The translations under genes were made by a program, and so were the position numbers. From NCBI GenBank assembly GCA_030141605.1, contig JAQGDQ010000169.1, positions 1-64,000 on the forward strand: DNA of 64,000 nucleotides. The letters run 5' to 3'. Below, one piece after another: positions 13,501 to 26,800 of the stretch. The first letter of the stretch is position 1; every line of letters begins with the position of its first letter. This DNA comes from Tubiluchus corallicola. Taxonomy: Eukaryota; Animalia; Priapulida. The notes beneath the pieces were generated by a model. That model made no database searches. It saw nothing but the letters and a program-made list of their open reading frames with translations, and was not told where the DNA came from.

Positions 13501-16500
13501 TCACGATCATCATCATTTGTTGGAACTATGAAAAGGCTTACACCTTTGTAACACTAATCTTAAGAAAAATGATTCCGAATATATATAGCTATTGGTTTGA
13601 CAAAAAACGATCATAAAACATTGTTTTTTTGCAACACAAACATTTAACCCACAAAACAATGAAATGAAAACATCAAACTTGGTTAACTGCATAGATCAAA
13701 AACCATCAATTATTTACAACTATATTCAGAGCACTGAGTAGCAACTCGGGGCTCTATGATGAGATGAATTTTAAAATCTCAAAGACTACCTAATTTTAAC
13801 CACTGAAAATGAGTAAACATTGTAAAAATTTATATGCTGAAAGCTTGAACCTTCAACATGCTACAAACTTCACTGTGGAAACAAAGTAGAAATCATTTAT
13901 TGTTGCTAGCAAATTTAAGTTTGACTTTACGGCATGGGGACAATTTTTAATCAGAAGTACACTAACAGTAGCCTTCATCATTGATAAATACATGGCTGCT
14001 TCCAACACAGACAAAAACAATATGTGCAAAGACAGTTGGTTTTGCCCTAAAACATTGAATAATAATTTTGATGCAGCGTTTAATAAAACAGTATTTAATG
14101 TTGCTGAGCTGAAATGTCTAGAGATTGGCATTATAAGAACTACCAAAACATGATTCTACCAACCTGTTGGTCAGAGTTTGTGAATTTGCAACATGACATA
14201 TAGCTAGTATGCGTGGCTACGGGTCGTTTCTTGGCTGTTACGTCCTCGTCAAAACTAAGTGGATACACTGTACACTTGTTATCTAGTCCCCTGTATGAGA
14301 AATAAATAATTCATGGTAAATTTTACGACACATATTTATGGCATTGCATATTCAGTAATTTGTGAAACTTGTCAATAAACTAACGTTCATGGCATTTTTT
14401 GAAAATGCAATAATGCTGTAACGATGTTTGATTAACATAGTTAAGCATTTGGTTTCGAGTTAACTGCTCTGAATATGCATAGTGAACGAATTTTGTTCAG
14501 GCAAGAGTTATGCAGTAATATAACACAGACTGAGTAACTACAATGCAGAAATTGTTAGTGATGTCAGCTGAAATTGGTCCAGTCAAACAGCTTTTAAAAG
14601 CGGATTTAAATCAGGTATACAAATGCAAACAGTTTCAAAAACACACTAACTTTTGGACTCCGTGAATATCCAAGAACTAAAATGATAATATGTAGTGAAT
14701 GTCTATATCAAAAACTGCTAAAAAATGACCAACTCTTTGCACTCATTCATTGGTGACCTCTACAGTGGAGCCTACCTAACTCACCCAGCACAGTTTACTC
14801 TGTGCCAAAACAGGGACAATATGCCATATAACAACAAGTCTACTTTTTCATCATCAAGGTTGGCTGTATTGACAAAATTATCATTGGTATATGTGTAAAT
14901 GAAACAAAAAATAAGTTTTTCATGCAGTAAAATTTTTTTCTGAAATCACACACTTTGTGCAGTAATTCTGGCAAGAAATACATGTCTCAAGAAAAATGTA
15001 TTTGCAAGAGTCAGAAACATAGACATGTATGTATGTGTAATAAAGCAGATATACGAAATATAATAAGAAAGACAGTAAAGTTGTTATAGGATAAAATGCT
15101 CTTGTTTCTGACTGATTTTCTGTTTCAGTTAGATAGATAGCACCAAAAGTGGCACCAAAAGATCTGCAAGCTCAGTAGTTTGATGTTCAGCAGAAAAAAA
15201 CATGTACTAGCATAATACACATAATAAAAATCAAAATAAATAAAATGGCAAAAATAATTTCCAGTATTTATAAGCTAATTACACTAAAAATGTAGTTAGT
15301 TTGAAAAATAATAATTTACGAAGTGTATAACACATAAATACATTACAATTTCATTGTATATTACAAAGAAAACTTGTCTAGCTAATAGTGCTCAGTGGTT
15401 TAACTAAATCTCTGGCAACACCAGTAGCAGGTGTGATTTTTATGACAGTACCACTCATAAGAAGTATTACAATCTTAATTTAACAGTGGTAATTTAAGCG
15501 TTAAAGGGACAAACAACAACTACCAATTTTAAAGAGTAGCTGCCATGCTAATATTTTTTATAATTTAACGGACTGGAGATTACAACACATTTCTTCAAGA
15601 AGTGCCAGGAGATGCAACTCCTTTCAAATTTGATCTCAAAGCAAAAACTTAAGAGATCTTCAGTCCTGCATCCATAAAACGATAATAATTTTGTTGATTT
15701 TTACAATGATTTACAACAAGCAGATGGCCTTTTTACAAGTACAGTATAACAGCATAAATACAGAGATACCAATAATGATGGCAGTGAAAACAGTAATAAC
15801 TGAAACTGGTAATCTTTACACATGCAAAAAAGTGCACTGGGCATAAAAAATTCTATAATATTTTAGTTGAGTTCCTTAAAAAATATACACGAGAGCAGCC
15901 ACCAGATATTGAGCTGTAGATGAAATACATAAATAGAAACACCAGTCAGGCAGAGTTCTAGCACAAGTCAATAGTAAAATTGATTAATCACACAGATTTA
16001 TGCACATTGGGCAAAATAGTCGAGTCAATACAATACCATAATACGAGTAGAAACCACCTTGCTAGTGAAAGATTAATAATCACATATTGGCTCTCAATGC
16101 AAGGAACTGCAAGACTGTAGGTCACAAGTACATTAATCAGTGTTGTATAATATTAGTGAGAAAAATGTTTACAAAATACAGCTCAGCAATGCAGCCATTT
16201 ACAACTGCCAAATGAGGCTAATCTAAATTATAGAATTCCAGATAATTTTTTATTGAATAACATAGATATAAGATGGTAAATTGATGATATCCGAGTTATA
16301 ATGCTGTTGTATGTTCAAAGCTTTAGGACAATTACGTTTAAATAATTAAAATTACACAATTACAATTTGCTAAGTGATATCTTTTTCATCGTTTATGAGA
16401 TCATGTCTAATATTTACCTAAAATAAGACTTTAACATGTAGGTTAATACGTTTTAACTTAAATATTAATGTCGATTATTAATACTAATATGCAAAAAATA

Positions 16501-19500
16501 TACCCAAATGTAATTGTTGTCAGCCTCAAGCCTTATATTAACTGTATAAACTACATAATAAAATTTTACAACATAAAACTATATTATTATGTATTAGCAA
16601 ATTCATTCTTTACATAAATAATTTTTCCAGTTTAAGACTACCATACAATTATGAAAAATACCACACAAAAGTAAAAATTGGTTCAAATATCAAGAATTGA
16701 CAAGGTACTGGACTGTCTACGGCTGTTTCGTTTTCAACTACACAGAACTATTGCCAGAATACCTGATCTTACGAATACAAAATTATGTGTAGTTATCATA
16801 TATACACACATTGAGTGAGGCCTGAATTAATGTGTGTTGAAGTGTTAGTGTTACTGTCTGTTAACAGGTCTAGCTAATGTTTTGCTCAGCGAAAGGAGGT
16901 GCTGCACATTAAAGATTGTTAATGGAAATAAAACAGCTACAGCTACTCCAGTCACTGAGAACATCATCATTTTTTGAAGTTTAATTTAAGAATGACAGAT
17001 TTTTTGCTGACGATGGCACAAGTAATTAATGTCAAAACATACAAACTGACTGGTGCTAATTTCAATCAAATTATGATATTCTCAGTGGTTGTTGTTATTT
17101 TATTTCTGTTGAAATTAATATTTTTAGTGGTAGATTTGTTAACAGATGTAGTGGTTGCTATGGAACCCAAGGCCACTTCTCAACAATAAATCTAGTGAGC
17201 AATGAAATTTAAATAACGAAACAAATTTGTCTCTAATATTTGACAGATCTATTGCAAACCTGAGTTTTGGGTAACAGGAGGTTAATCACCTAGTGATTAA
17301 AATTTTTAAAAATAGAGCTTAAATTTACTATTAATAGAGTGGAGACTACATAGATATTCTGCATATATTACTTGCCACAAAAAATATGTCTAAGAAATAA
17401 ATTTAACATTTATAAACAAAGCTAACAGATTTGTGTTTGTTCAGATTGCATCAACATCTGTTAATAAGCCAACATAAGTTGTAACGACAGCTGTTATGCA
17501 CAGACCTGCTACAGGTCATGTCTGGGAAGTGGTTTTTGTTATGGGTCACATCTGTTACAGATCTGTTAATTCAACACACACTTCTCTAACACATACTAAT
17601 TTCGACCTCACTCATTGTTTTGAAATTGTTACAAAAAGACTGTCACAGTACTATTTTCATTTAAGGCAAAAAACTACCTCAAACTGCATAGGCTTTTGAG
17701 TGCCTCCATTCTTATATTTTTATCTCAGCAAATACTAATGTGTTTACAACAGCAAATAAGTCAAATATGATATTTAATATATTATTCAATTATAGGATCA
17801 GCATAGTGGCTTGCTGCACAAATTTTTCTCATTTTCAATACTGGTAGTAATGGAATTAATTTCGTGAGGAAATCTTAATGACAGTTACACTGACTAATGG
17901 ATCGGTAAAGACTGATTTGCCACTATCAATCTAAAATTTAAAACTCAAATTAAAACTATGGACTGAGATTTAGAAAAACTATTCAAGTGATGACTTACCC
18001 ACATGCAACCAACGTTCCAGAAGGAGCGTAAGAACATGCCATAACCCATGTTGTCGGCATTGCTATCGCATGTTCTTTATTAGTTGTGAATGCATCCCAA
18101 ACTATCATTTTTCCATCCTGCAAATATAATAAAGGTAATGGACAAAAATCTTTTATGTACACAAACAAGTTACTGTTCAAATATTTACTACATCGACAAA
18201 TATGTCTTTTGTCTGATCTGATTCACTTCCAATAATTTTTGGTTTGCCAGTAAAATCTAACAAAGGTCGCAATGACAGTGACTTTTAAAAAAGATAAATA
18301 AGAAGATGGTATTTTAAAATAAAATAACCAGCTCGAAAGATTATATTGCGTAGTAACTATCTTGAGCGTACGTAATACCGTACATACATTAAATAACATT
18401 TGTTTTAAATACACTGCTGAACTGCCCCAGGTGGGTCATTGCATGAGATCATGCAGATACGATGTAAATAAATAGCATAAAACACTCACCCGACAATACA
18501 GTTAGTTGATCGAATAATTATAAGCAAAGTAAAATTCATAGATTTTCTGATAATTAAAAATGCTTGACACAATGAAAAACAAAAAAGTTTTCTTTAAGTA
18601 TTGGATGCCTAAAGTTTCAAGGAAGCTACTCTTTTACAGCATGCGAATTCCTAGTAAAGTATGTTACCTAATAATCAAAATAAAACAAAAAGTTTTTGTT
18701 GCAGTGTCATAGCACATCATAATAACTATGTATTTTAGATTTCATCTTAATGTGGCATATAACATGTTTTAATTTTTTCCAGATAACAAATCCAAAAGTT
18801 AAGGTTGATCTCACTTCTGAAAGCCTACAAAATTACTAAAAATTTATAATGCAAATTTCATGAGCTAGAAATCGGTTAAAAATTACATTTCTATCTACTG
18901 GCCAAGTAGACAACTTATTTTAGGACAGAATTGCTAACTTTGTTTCAACATAAAATCAAAAGTTAAAAACTCATGCAGTCGCTTATCATTCGAATGTAGA
19001 ACATCTGGTAGATTACTTGGAATTAGAACACAGTTAATTTTTGGTAGCAGTAAAATGCGGCAAGTATCATATGATTACAACAAACATTATAAATGTTTCT
19101 TTGACAGCATGATGTTTGATACTACCCAACAGCTTTAAAACTGGCAGTCCTTAGGAACCAATTCATAAAAAATAAGAAAAACTTAAATTCTATATTGACA
19201 GCTATTGACTCTTCTCTGAATAAAAGCAACAAGAATTTTGCAATAGAAAGTTTACTGCAAATCAGTGCAATACAATGCAATTTTAATTTTTATTGCTGTA
19301 ATCTGTCCTGCATGTGCAGCATGTGGCACAGCTACTGCCACCAAATGAAGGATGCTCCATTCATTCCATCAAAATATTTAAATTATTTTTGCTAATGCAA
19401 GCAAAACAGTTTCAAAAATAAAGGAGATATTTAGAAAATAATTGACCATACTTGTGAAGAACTAACTAAATGTCGTTTGTCTTGACTCCAGTCCATTGCT

Positions 19501-20625
19501 AGTACTTTTCCTTGATGTCCTTTTAACACCCGTCTAACTTTAATATTTAACGACGTTAGTGAATCTAATCGATTGGCCACATCTGGAACTAAATCAATAA
19601 ACTCCTTCAAAAGGTTATCATAGCAACAGGTATACCCATAAACAAATTTGGTAAAAATAAACAGTAGCAAAGGAAATGATTGATTCAATTATAATACGAA
19701 CAAATGGAATGTCAGTAAATTTCAGAACGAGATGCCGTAGCAATGGCTATTTGTAAATACTCAATGCATACATGCTTTAACTGAATGTGTTCAGTATTAA
19801 TTTCGTCAACACGCACGGTGTACGGGTAGAAATTTTACCTTTACATGTTCAGACTTCAGTCTGCGCATTGGGTAACAAAGCATAAATTTCCTCTATCTTT
19901 GCATTTAAAATGTTATATATATATATATATATATGCACATAATTGCTGCCGATCTGCAGAGATATATTTCTATAGGCAGGATGACCAGGAAAACAAATTT
20001 ATATCAATGTCCTAAAATAAATGAAATAGTTCAAGAGTAAGCAAGTAGTTTAAGTATTTTCCAAGTAAAACAACATAACTTAGGCTCATTACTTTTCACT
20101 AACTTTGGAAATCAACAGTCCTTAGCTTATTGCTATTACTATAGTATTAGCTTACCTACTGCAGGGGCACTAGCCAGATGCACAGTTGCCCTAGGACCAT
20201 TAGTGCATATCGATACGCCTGATCGGTTGCCTGTTTTCAGGCTTGATAATAGCATTGAAAGCTGATCATTACTGTATTACTATTACTAGTATTAGGCTCA
20301 AATTAAGAGTTGAGCATGTGTTCCAAGATTAAATAGCCGAACAAAATTTATCAACTGGTACATGTTAAACCATATTTTTACTCCTCTTAAGTATAATACG
20401 CCCAGCATAAGTGCTAGTCTAAGAAGCAACTAGTGAGTACAAGCTATACAATTTTCTCCTTATTACGCTCGACTTGTAATCTGGAAAAAATGACTTACGT
20501 GATACGTCATTCAATTTCTGCCTTTCCTCTTCGAGTTTTTGTTTTAACATATCTACTTCGCGTTGAAGAGCTTCAACACTTTCACTATTATTGTCTACTT
20601 TAACTTTAAGCCCTTCGTTAGCCAT
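10536..20625 (-). CDS. GNB5: Guanine nucleotide-binding protein subunit beta-5 (WD40), 356 aa
   Basis: Exons 20625-20499, 19588-19452, 18117-17999, 14290-14164, 12891-12748, 12401-12261, 12110-12014, 11123-10957, 10547-10536; 1071 nt, all GT-AG and in phase. Beta-5 signatures: [96 protein letters not shown]. Confidence 0.96.
13194..13498. mobile_element. MITE-like element with ~35-bp imperfect inverted termini in a GNB5 intron
   Basis: AGGTCAGAGGTTAAGCGTATCACAGCAATGCGTCTTAG versus reverse complement of the right end AGGTCAAAGGTTAAGTGTACCAGACAATGCATTTAG. No clear TSD. Confidence 0.5.
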
Positions 20626-20824
20626 AACTATGGCTATTCCTGAATTTATTCAGGAAAAAGAAAAACAACTACACAAGATGATGGCCGCCAGCTGGTGACT
20701 GAACGGTGCTGCCACCATTTAACAAAAACTGAAGCATTTTGCTATGTTTTCGTTCCTGAATTCTCAATTTTCTAAATTCCACTTCGCTTCCAGTGACTGA
20801 TAACTGATAAGTTAATAAACAAGC
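20626..20824. promoter_or_regulatory. Compact bidirectional promoter and 5' leader region shared by GNB5 and AMD1
   Basis: Divergent ATGs at 20625 (-) and 20825 (+). Contains a YY1-like ATGGCCGCC (20681-20689), a 20-bp palindrome (20637-20656), and pyrimidine-tract/AG acceptor-like sites just upstream of both ATGs. Confidence 0.7.
20678..20698 (+). other. Candidate AMD1 upstream ORF MMAASW*
   Basis: ATG ATG GCC GCC AGC TGG TGA. The second ATG has A at -3 and G at +4. Presence in the mRNA is not established. Confidence 0.4.
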
Positions 20825-23800
20825 ATGGCTCAGCAAGATGAGTGTGATCACTTTTTCGAAGGAACCGAAAAACTATTAGAAGTTTGGTTTGCACGAAGCG
20901 ATGGCAAAGAACACGGCAACACCTTAAAGGACATTCCTAGGTAAACAGAAAACTACAGAATTATTCATAATGATTTATTTAATGTAGTCAGCATAGTATA
21001 GCTTTTGTAGACACTACATTTTTCCCTTGGCACAATTTCACAAACATGCTTTTCAAGCAAGCATAGTTGAGTGATGGTAGTTGTGAAAATTTTATACAAA
21101 AACCTTTATTCGTTTTGTTAAAATAACCACTATAATATTAATAAAGTAGCAAAATAAAATTTTGATGATGATAAAAGAAGCATGTCATTTCTGGAAATTA
21201 AAAAGTTATTGAAATTATACATTAGTTTGGCTAGACCTTATCTAGAATATTGTGTGCAACTTTGGAATCTCCAGAAAGACATACTGTTCATGGAAAAAGA
21301 GCAAAGGCGTGCTAAAAAAATATCATATAAACTTATTTACAAGTAAAAATCTCACATAATTAGAAAGATTGAAATATTGCAATTTGACCATACTTGAACT
21401 AAGAAAAAACCCATTATTGAGATTTTTAAAATACTAACAACCTAAGAAAGAAAATGTTTTGCCTGAAAATTTCTTTAACTTAGTTGTTGATTAAAAAATT
21501 AGAAAACTTTTTAAAGAGCAGTCACGTTTCTACATTCGTAAACATTCATTTACTGTGATAGTAGTGAATTAATGGAATCATTTGCCTGCCGTGGTGATTG
21601 CTGCATCAACCTAGAGTTTAAATCTTTAATTGACAGTTATTTTGTGGAAAAGTATGGAGTTTCTATTAACCCCTAATCATGACAGTATTTATATCAGGAA
21701 AAAACTTCCTGTAGAAATGGAAAGATCTGCTTGATTATTACAAGTTATTACTTCTTTCTTCATTGGAGTGTTGAAAAGATTCCAAAACCGATTAACAATG
21801 TATCATCTTTTGTGAACATTTTATTTTACCAATCTGATGGAATTTATTGAAAAATGGATCCAAATGCTAGATAAGGTTTAGGGGTGAATATAAAGCTATT
21901 TATTTTCTATTCAAATGTCTTTCTGAAAGCATTTGACTGTATTTCTCATTTTTGTAAGATCGAACAAGTTCTGTTTCTTTTAATCGATAAAAAATTTTCA
22001 CCATATAATTACGATATGATATCAAATTGCCAATTGTATTATTATTGAAATACGAATTATCTGTAGTCATAGCACTGCTATCTATTACAGACATTGAAAC
22101 ACTAAGGAAACTTTAACAGGGAAAATATTTAAGCTGAAATGTTTTGCAGACCTGTTTTGAAGACATAATAGGTGCCATAATTTTTGTTTGTATAATTTCA
22201 GTTCAGAGTGGGCAAAGCTTCTGCAATATGTACGCTGTGAGATCGTGAAAAGTAGCAGACATGAGCACATTGATTCTTATGTTCTCAGCGAGAGTAGTAT
22301 GTTTGTTGCCAATTATCGCTTCATACTAAAGACTTGTGGACAAACAACTCTTCTCTTAGCTATTGAACCACTCATTGAACTCGTGGAGCGCTACTGTGGC
22401 TTTGACAGCATACAGGTTTGACATCAAACATAATAATAACAAATAATTTGAATTAATGTAACTAACAAATCCTTAAAAGCATATTTATTTGTACAGTTTA
22501 CTGTATTTTATGGACCGTGGCTGTTGTCTTGTCACTAGATTACAGATATCTATTAATATTGAAGTAAGTCTGTGTTTGTCTGCGTTTGAAAAAATTGAAC
22601 AAATGAAAGGGAAATGAACAAAAATTTTAAAATATTACAATTGACTTGGCTTGAAACTGAAAAGAAGGATTTTGGTGTACAGATTTTAAGCATTTTATTG
22701 ATATTGTCACTATTTAAATTAGTATTCAATTGCAAAATAGCAAGTTGGGATACTGGCCATCATACTGCCAATTAACTAGTTCCTTATTTACCATTTGTGA
22801 CTTTTGAATGAGCTCGATAGCAAATAAATTTGTGTGCTGTGTTGCCGCACCTCATTTCATTGCAAATGTTAAAATGACCTGTCACAAGGCATACTTTGCT
22901 TGCCTTTTATCAAAAATCAAATTTTCAATTTTCGAACCCAGCCAATTGCCAGTGTGCGTTTAACTGTGACATGTACGGCTTACTTTGCACATTCCTTAAC
23001 ATCAGAAAATGCTGTGATGCCCATATTGTGAAAATGGTCTAGATTTGTTTTGAATGTTATAGCTATTCAATTGAGTGACCTTTTGTTTTAGAAGACCATC
23101 TTTGTTCAGCCTAGACTAGCTTCTTTCTTTGCAGGTGTAAATTTTGGCTTATCCATCCCATCCGTTGTCTAACCCCGATTGTTCTTGTTCTTAACTTTTT
23201 TGTAAAGTCTTATATAGTCTTATAGTGTCTTTATAAATATTTAGTGCTTGACTAATTTAATCTCTTCATTCTCATATTACCAGGATATATTTTATTCACA
23301 TAAAAACTGGATGAGACCTGATTTGCAACATCAACCACACGATTCCTTTGCTACTGAGGTAATTAATTTGCATTTTTTGTACAACTTGCCATTGGCCTAT
23401 ACAAGTTTTGCTCTCAGTGCTCCAGATGACAATGCAAAATAATCCAACAGAATGTGTTGCTTAGTTTATTGAATGGCATACTATTACCCATAAGATAAGA
23501 AGGAAGATAAAGAATTTTTGTTTTCCCCTTACTTCTAATTTCAGAATTATATATATATATATATACTCCAACAGTGTTTTCTAAAATCAAGATTCCCCAA
23601 TTTCTGTCATTGGTTTCATACTACTTTAGAAACTTACGTTGTCTTATTTTTGAAATTCCACATTTTTTTGCTTTCTATTGTCTAATGTAGCTTCTTTGAG
23701 TTATTTCTGGCTGGAAAAAGTGTCTGTACTTCTGGTACTGAATGGTAAATCTGGAAGCAACCTTTCTGAGGCTGTACAGAAGTAATTATACCCATAACCA

Positions 23801-26800
23801 AATGATCCGTATTCACATGTCCTGACATTTCCGAGTGTAGTCCCAAAGCAACCTCTACAATTTTTTTAATGGCAGGCAGGGCTGGACTACCCGATGGGCT
23901 AGTATAAACTGCAACCTAGCGCCTCTCAAGCTTGAGGGCCATACTTTGCACTACTGAATAATTCATATAACTTAAAATAAAATTTCAGCTTTAAGAAAGA
24001 AAGCCAAAAAGTCTGAAAACAAAATTTTGAAGTGGCTCCTCGTTTGAGATAAAGGATCCCTGTTTGAGGCCTTTTATTTGAGATAAGGGCCACTAAAAGA
24101 AGCCCTTTATTTAAAGTGTAGGACCCTCAGCTATGCAATTTATTGCTGAAATTTATAAAAAGTAAAAATATTCGAAACGAGTACGAGCAAATTAGAGGGT
24201 GGCTCCATCTGAGAGGCCCAATAATTGGTGGCAAGTAATATTACACCTACCTTGTATTATGTGTTAAAAGTGGTTGGCAGTTGACACATTTTGCTGACAC
24301 ATGTCGCTACGAAGTATTACATATAAAGTGTTTTTTGGAAGGAACCAGACCAGTAAAAAATGGTCATTATACCTTTGCGTAACATAAACATATTAATTTA
24401 GGTTTCTGATATGAAATTTATAATATAGTGTAATGTAATTGTGCACAAATTTATTTTTGCCTTCACTTAAAATTTTGTGCTGGGGTGAATCAGGGCCTTA
24501 TTTGTTTAGTAATTAGCTACTTGTTTTCATGGCCTTAAACAATTACCTAATCTATTTCAGGTGTCCATGCTTGATAACCATTTTGATGGTATGTATGAGC
24601 TGACATATTTTTTTCCATTCCTTATTAATTGAGCTAAGGTGATTGAGTACATAGTGTACTTGTTGTTTTGGTTATTTCAACATGGTTGTTTATTTGTGGT
24701 TTTTCGTTATAGATGGTGCTGCTTACTGTTTGGGAAAACTGAATGGGGATTGCTGGTATTTGTACACGCTAAACAAGTTTCATGATACGGTTGTGGTACC
24801 TGATCAAACTTTAGAAATTCTTGTATCCTTTAAGGCTTTCATTTGGGTTATTCTAAGGGTAGGACAATACTTAAATTTCTAAAACCGAATCGAAATCTGA
24901 AAGTTAGTTTTAGTTCATTTCCAAAACCGAATTGCATCCAGAAATCACATTTTTGCAATTTCCAAAAGCAGCCGAATCCAAAACCAGTTAGTTTTCCATC
25001 TTAGGATCGGTACAGTGGTTGTTGCAATGGATGTTATAAGCTTTGTTGAAATGTATGATTAATCTATAAAAAAATTTCTTAATTTAGATTTAATTTTTGT
25101 TTTAGTTCATGTTTTTAATCTTCATTTATTATCAACTAGAAAATATTGCAATTACAGTGTACTCCACTTAATAAATCCACCTGGATGCAAAGCTAAATGG
25201 ATTTATTAAGCAGTTGGATTTATAAACCGAAGAAGCCTATTAAGTATTGTTTTATAAGTTATTGCAGTGCGTATCATTTATTTATGAAGCCAGCCTAGAC
25301 TCTTAACACTCAGGAAACTGCTTGCGAAATGTCTGTCAATAAAGCGCAATCATTTACTAGCATTCGTACAAATAAAGTAACTCACGTAAAATGTGTATGG
25401 TTTATCTATGATCCATTACCCTTTATGTGTGAAAAGCTGCTTGCCAAGATAAAATTGAGTATTCGTTTGAGTCATTAGGCCTAACGTTGTTGTGCACAAC
25501 TGTTTACAGCAAGAATTAGCAATGTTAGTTTAACCTAATTATGTATGCAAAACAAGTAAGCAAGATCACAGAATGCATGAGAACATGTCCAGTGTGGTCT
25601 GTTTTAGTGAAATTTTTTATCAAAGATGCATTTGTTTGAGTTCTGAGAAGTGTCGCATGTTTGAATAGTCACTGTTCTACAGTCCACAGTGCAGCATTTC
25701 CAGCACGTCATATTTCAGCAGTTGATACAATCATTTCTGGTTCACTGTAGTTGTCACCAATGTTTTGCTGTTGAGGGTAATTGAGCGAAAAGAATACAAA
25801 GTTGTCAAACGTGCTTAGAACAAATCTATGCTGATCTAGCTTAAGTCAAAGTGTGGCACAATGATGTGGTCTTACTCAGTGGTGTAGCTAATAGGGGAGC
25901 ATGGAGAGTGACCGCTTTCCGCGAATACTTTTTTAAAATTGGTGCCTTTCAACATTTTTCACATTGCTTCTTTTTGTTTTTATTTTGCATTTAAATTTAA
26001 AATAATTAAATAATGCAATTATATTCTTCCTTTAAAACTGTCACTTCCTCGTGATTTTATTTTAAACGTATTTTATTGTTAGAAATTGTTTGATATGTGT
26101 CACAGTGCTTTTTTTATGTGCTTGCTCCCCCTAACTTTAGAATAGGGCTATGCCCCTGGTCTTACTTCACAATTCAGTTCTCTTCACAACGCACAAAAAT
26201 TTATAGAGCGAAGTTTGGATTTAATAAACGGCACTTGGATTTATTAAGCAAATTCTACTGTACTATGTAAAATGTACTTGGCTCTATGTACAAAGCGTGT
26301 GTGGCATATTTTAGAACTGCACTTTCTTATTTTAAACTAAATTAAACTTTAGAATATAAAAAAGAGATTAAACACAATGCATCCTAAAATAGCTCCTATG
26401 TGTAGAAGCTCAGTAACAGAAATCATCATCACTGTTAAAAATAGGGTCTGTCAGGTGTTAATTTAATGAATAGTTTATGTGGTGTATGACTTTAACAGAA
26501 ATTTACAGTCACATTAACAGTGTTAATATGGCATAGCACACATTGCAAAATTCAATTTTTATTGGAGATCGAACCGGCAAAAAGGGATCGTAGGGAAGGG
26601 AAACCACCAATTTTACAGCACTATTTGGCAGCAGATTTGCTCCTTAAACTAAGCAAGCGTGAATTATGAAGGCTGCTTTGCATTTTTTATGGAACGCGAA
26701 TTGGATCTGAAGCAGCAGTTAAAGCAAAACTGGGTCGGATGCAAATTGAAATTCCAATTCGAATTTGGAATCAGAGGTTCCGAGGCAGAGAAGCTTCATC

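Noticed and set aside
20669-20851. 60-aa minus-strand ORF across the GNB5/AMD1 spacer
   Set aside because: It uses a non-ATG start, overlaps AMD1 exon 1 in antisense, and has no recognisable protein features.
23990-24130. Short repeats with spacers resembling a CRISPR array
   Set aside because: They are degenerate MITE subrepeats in a eukaryotic intron, with no identical repeats and no cas genes.
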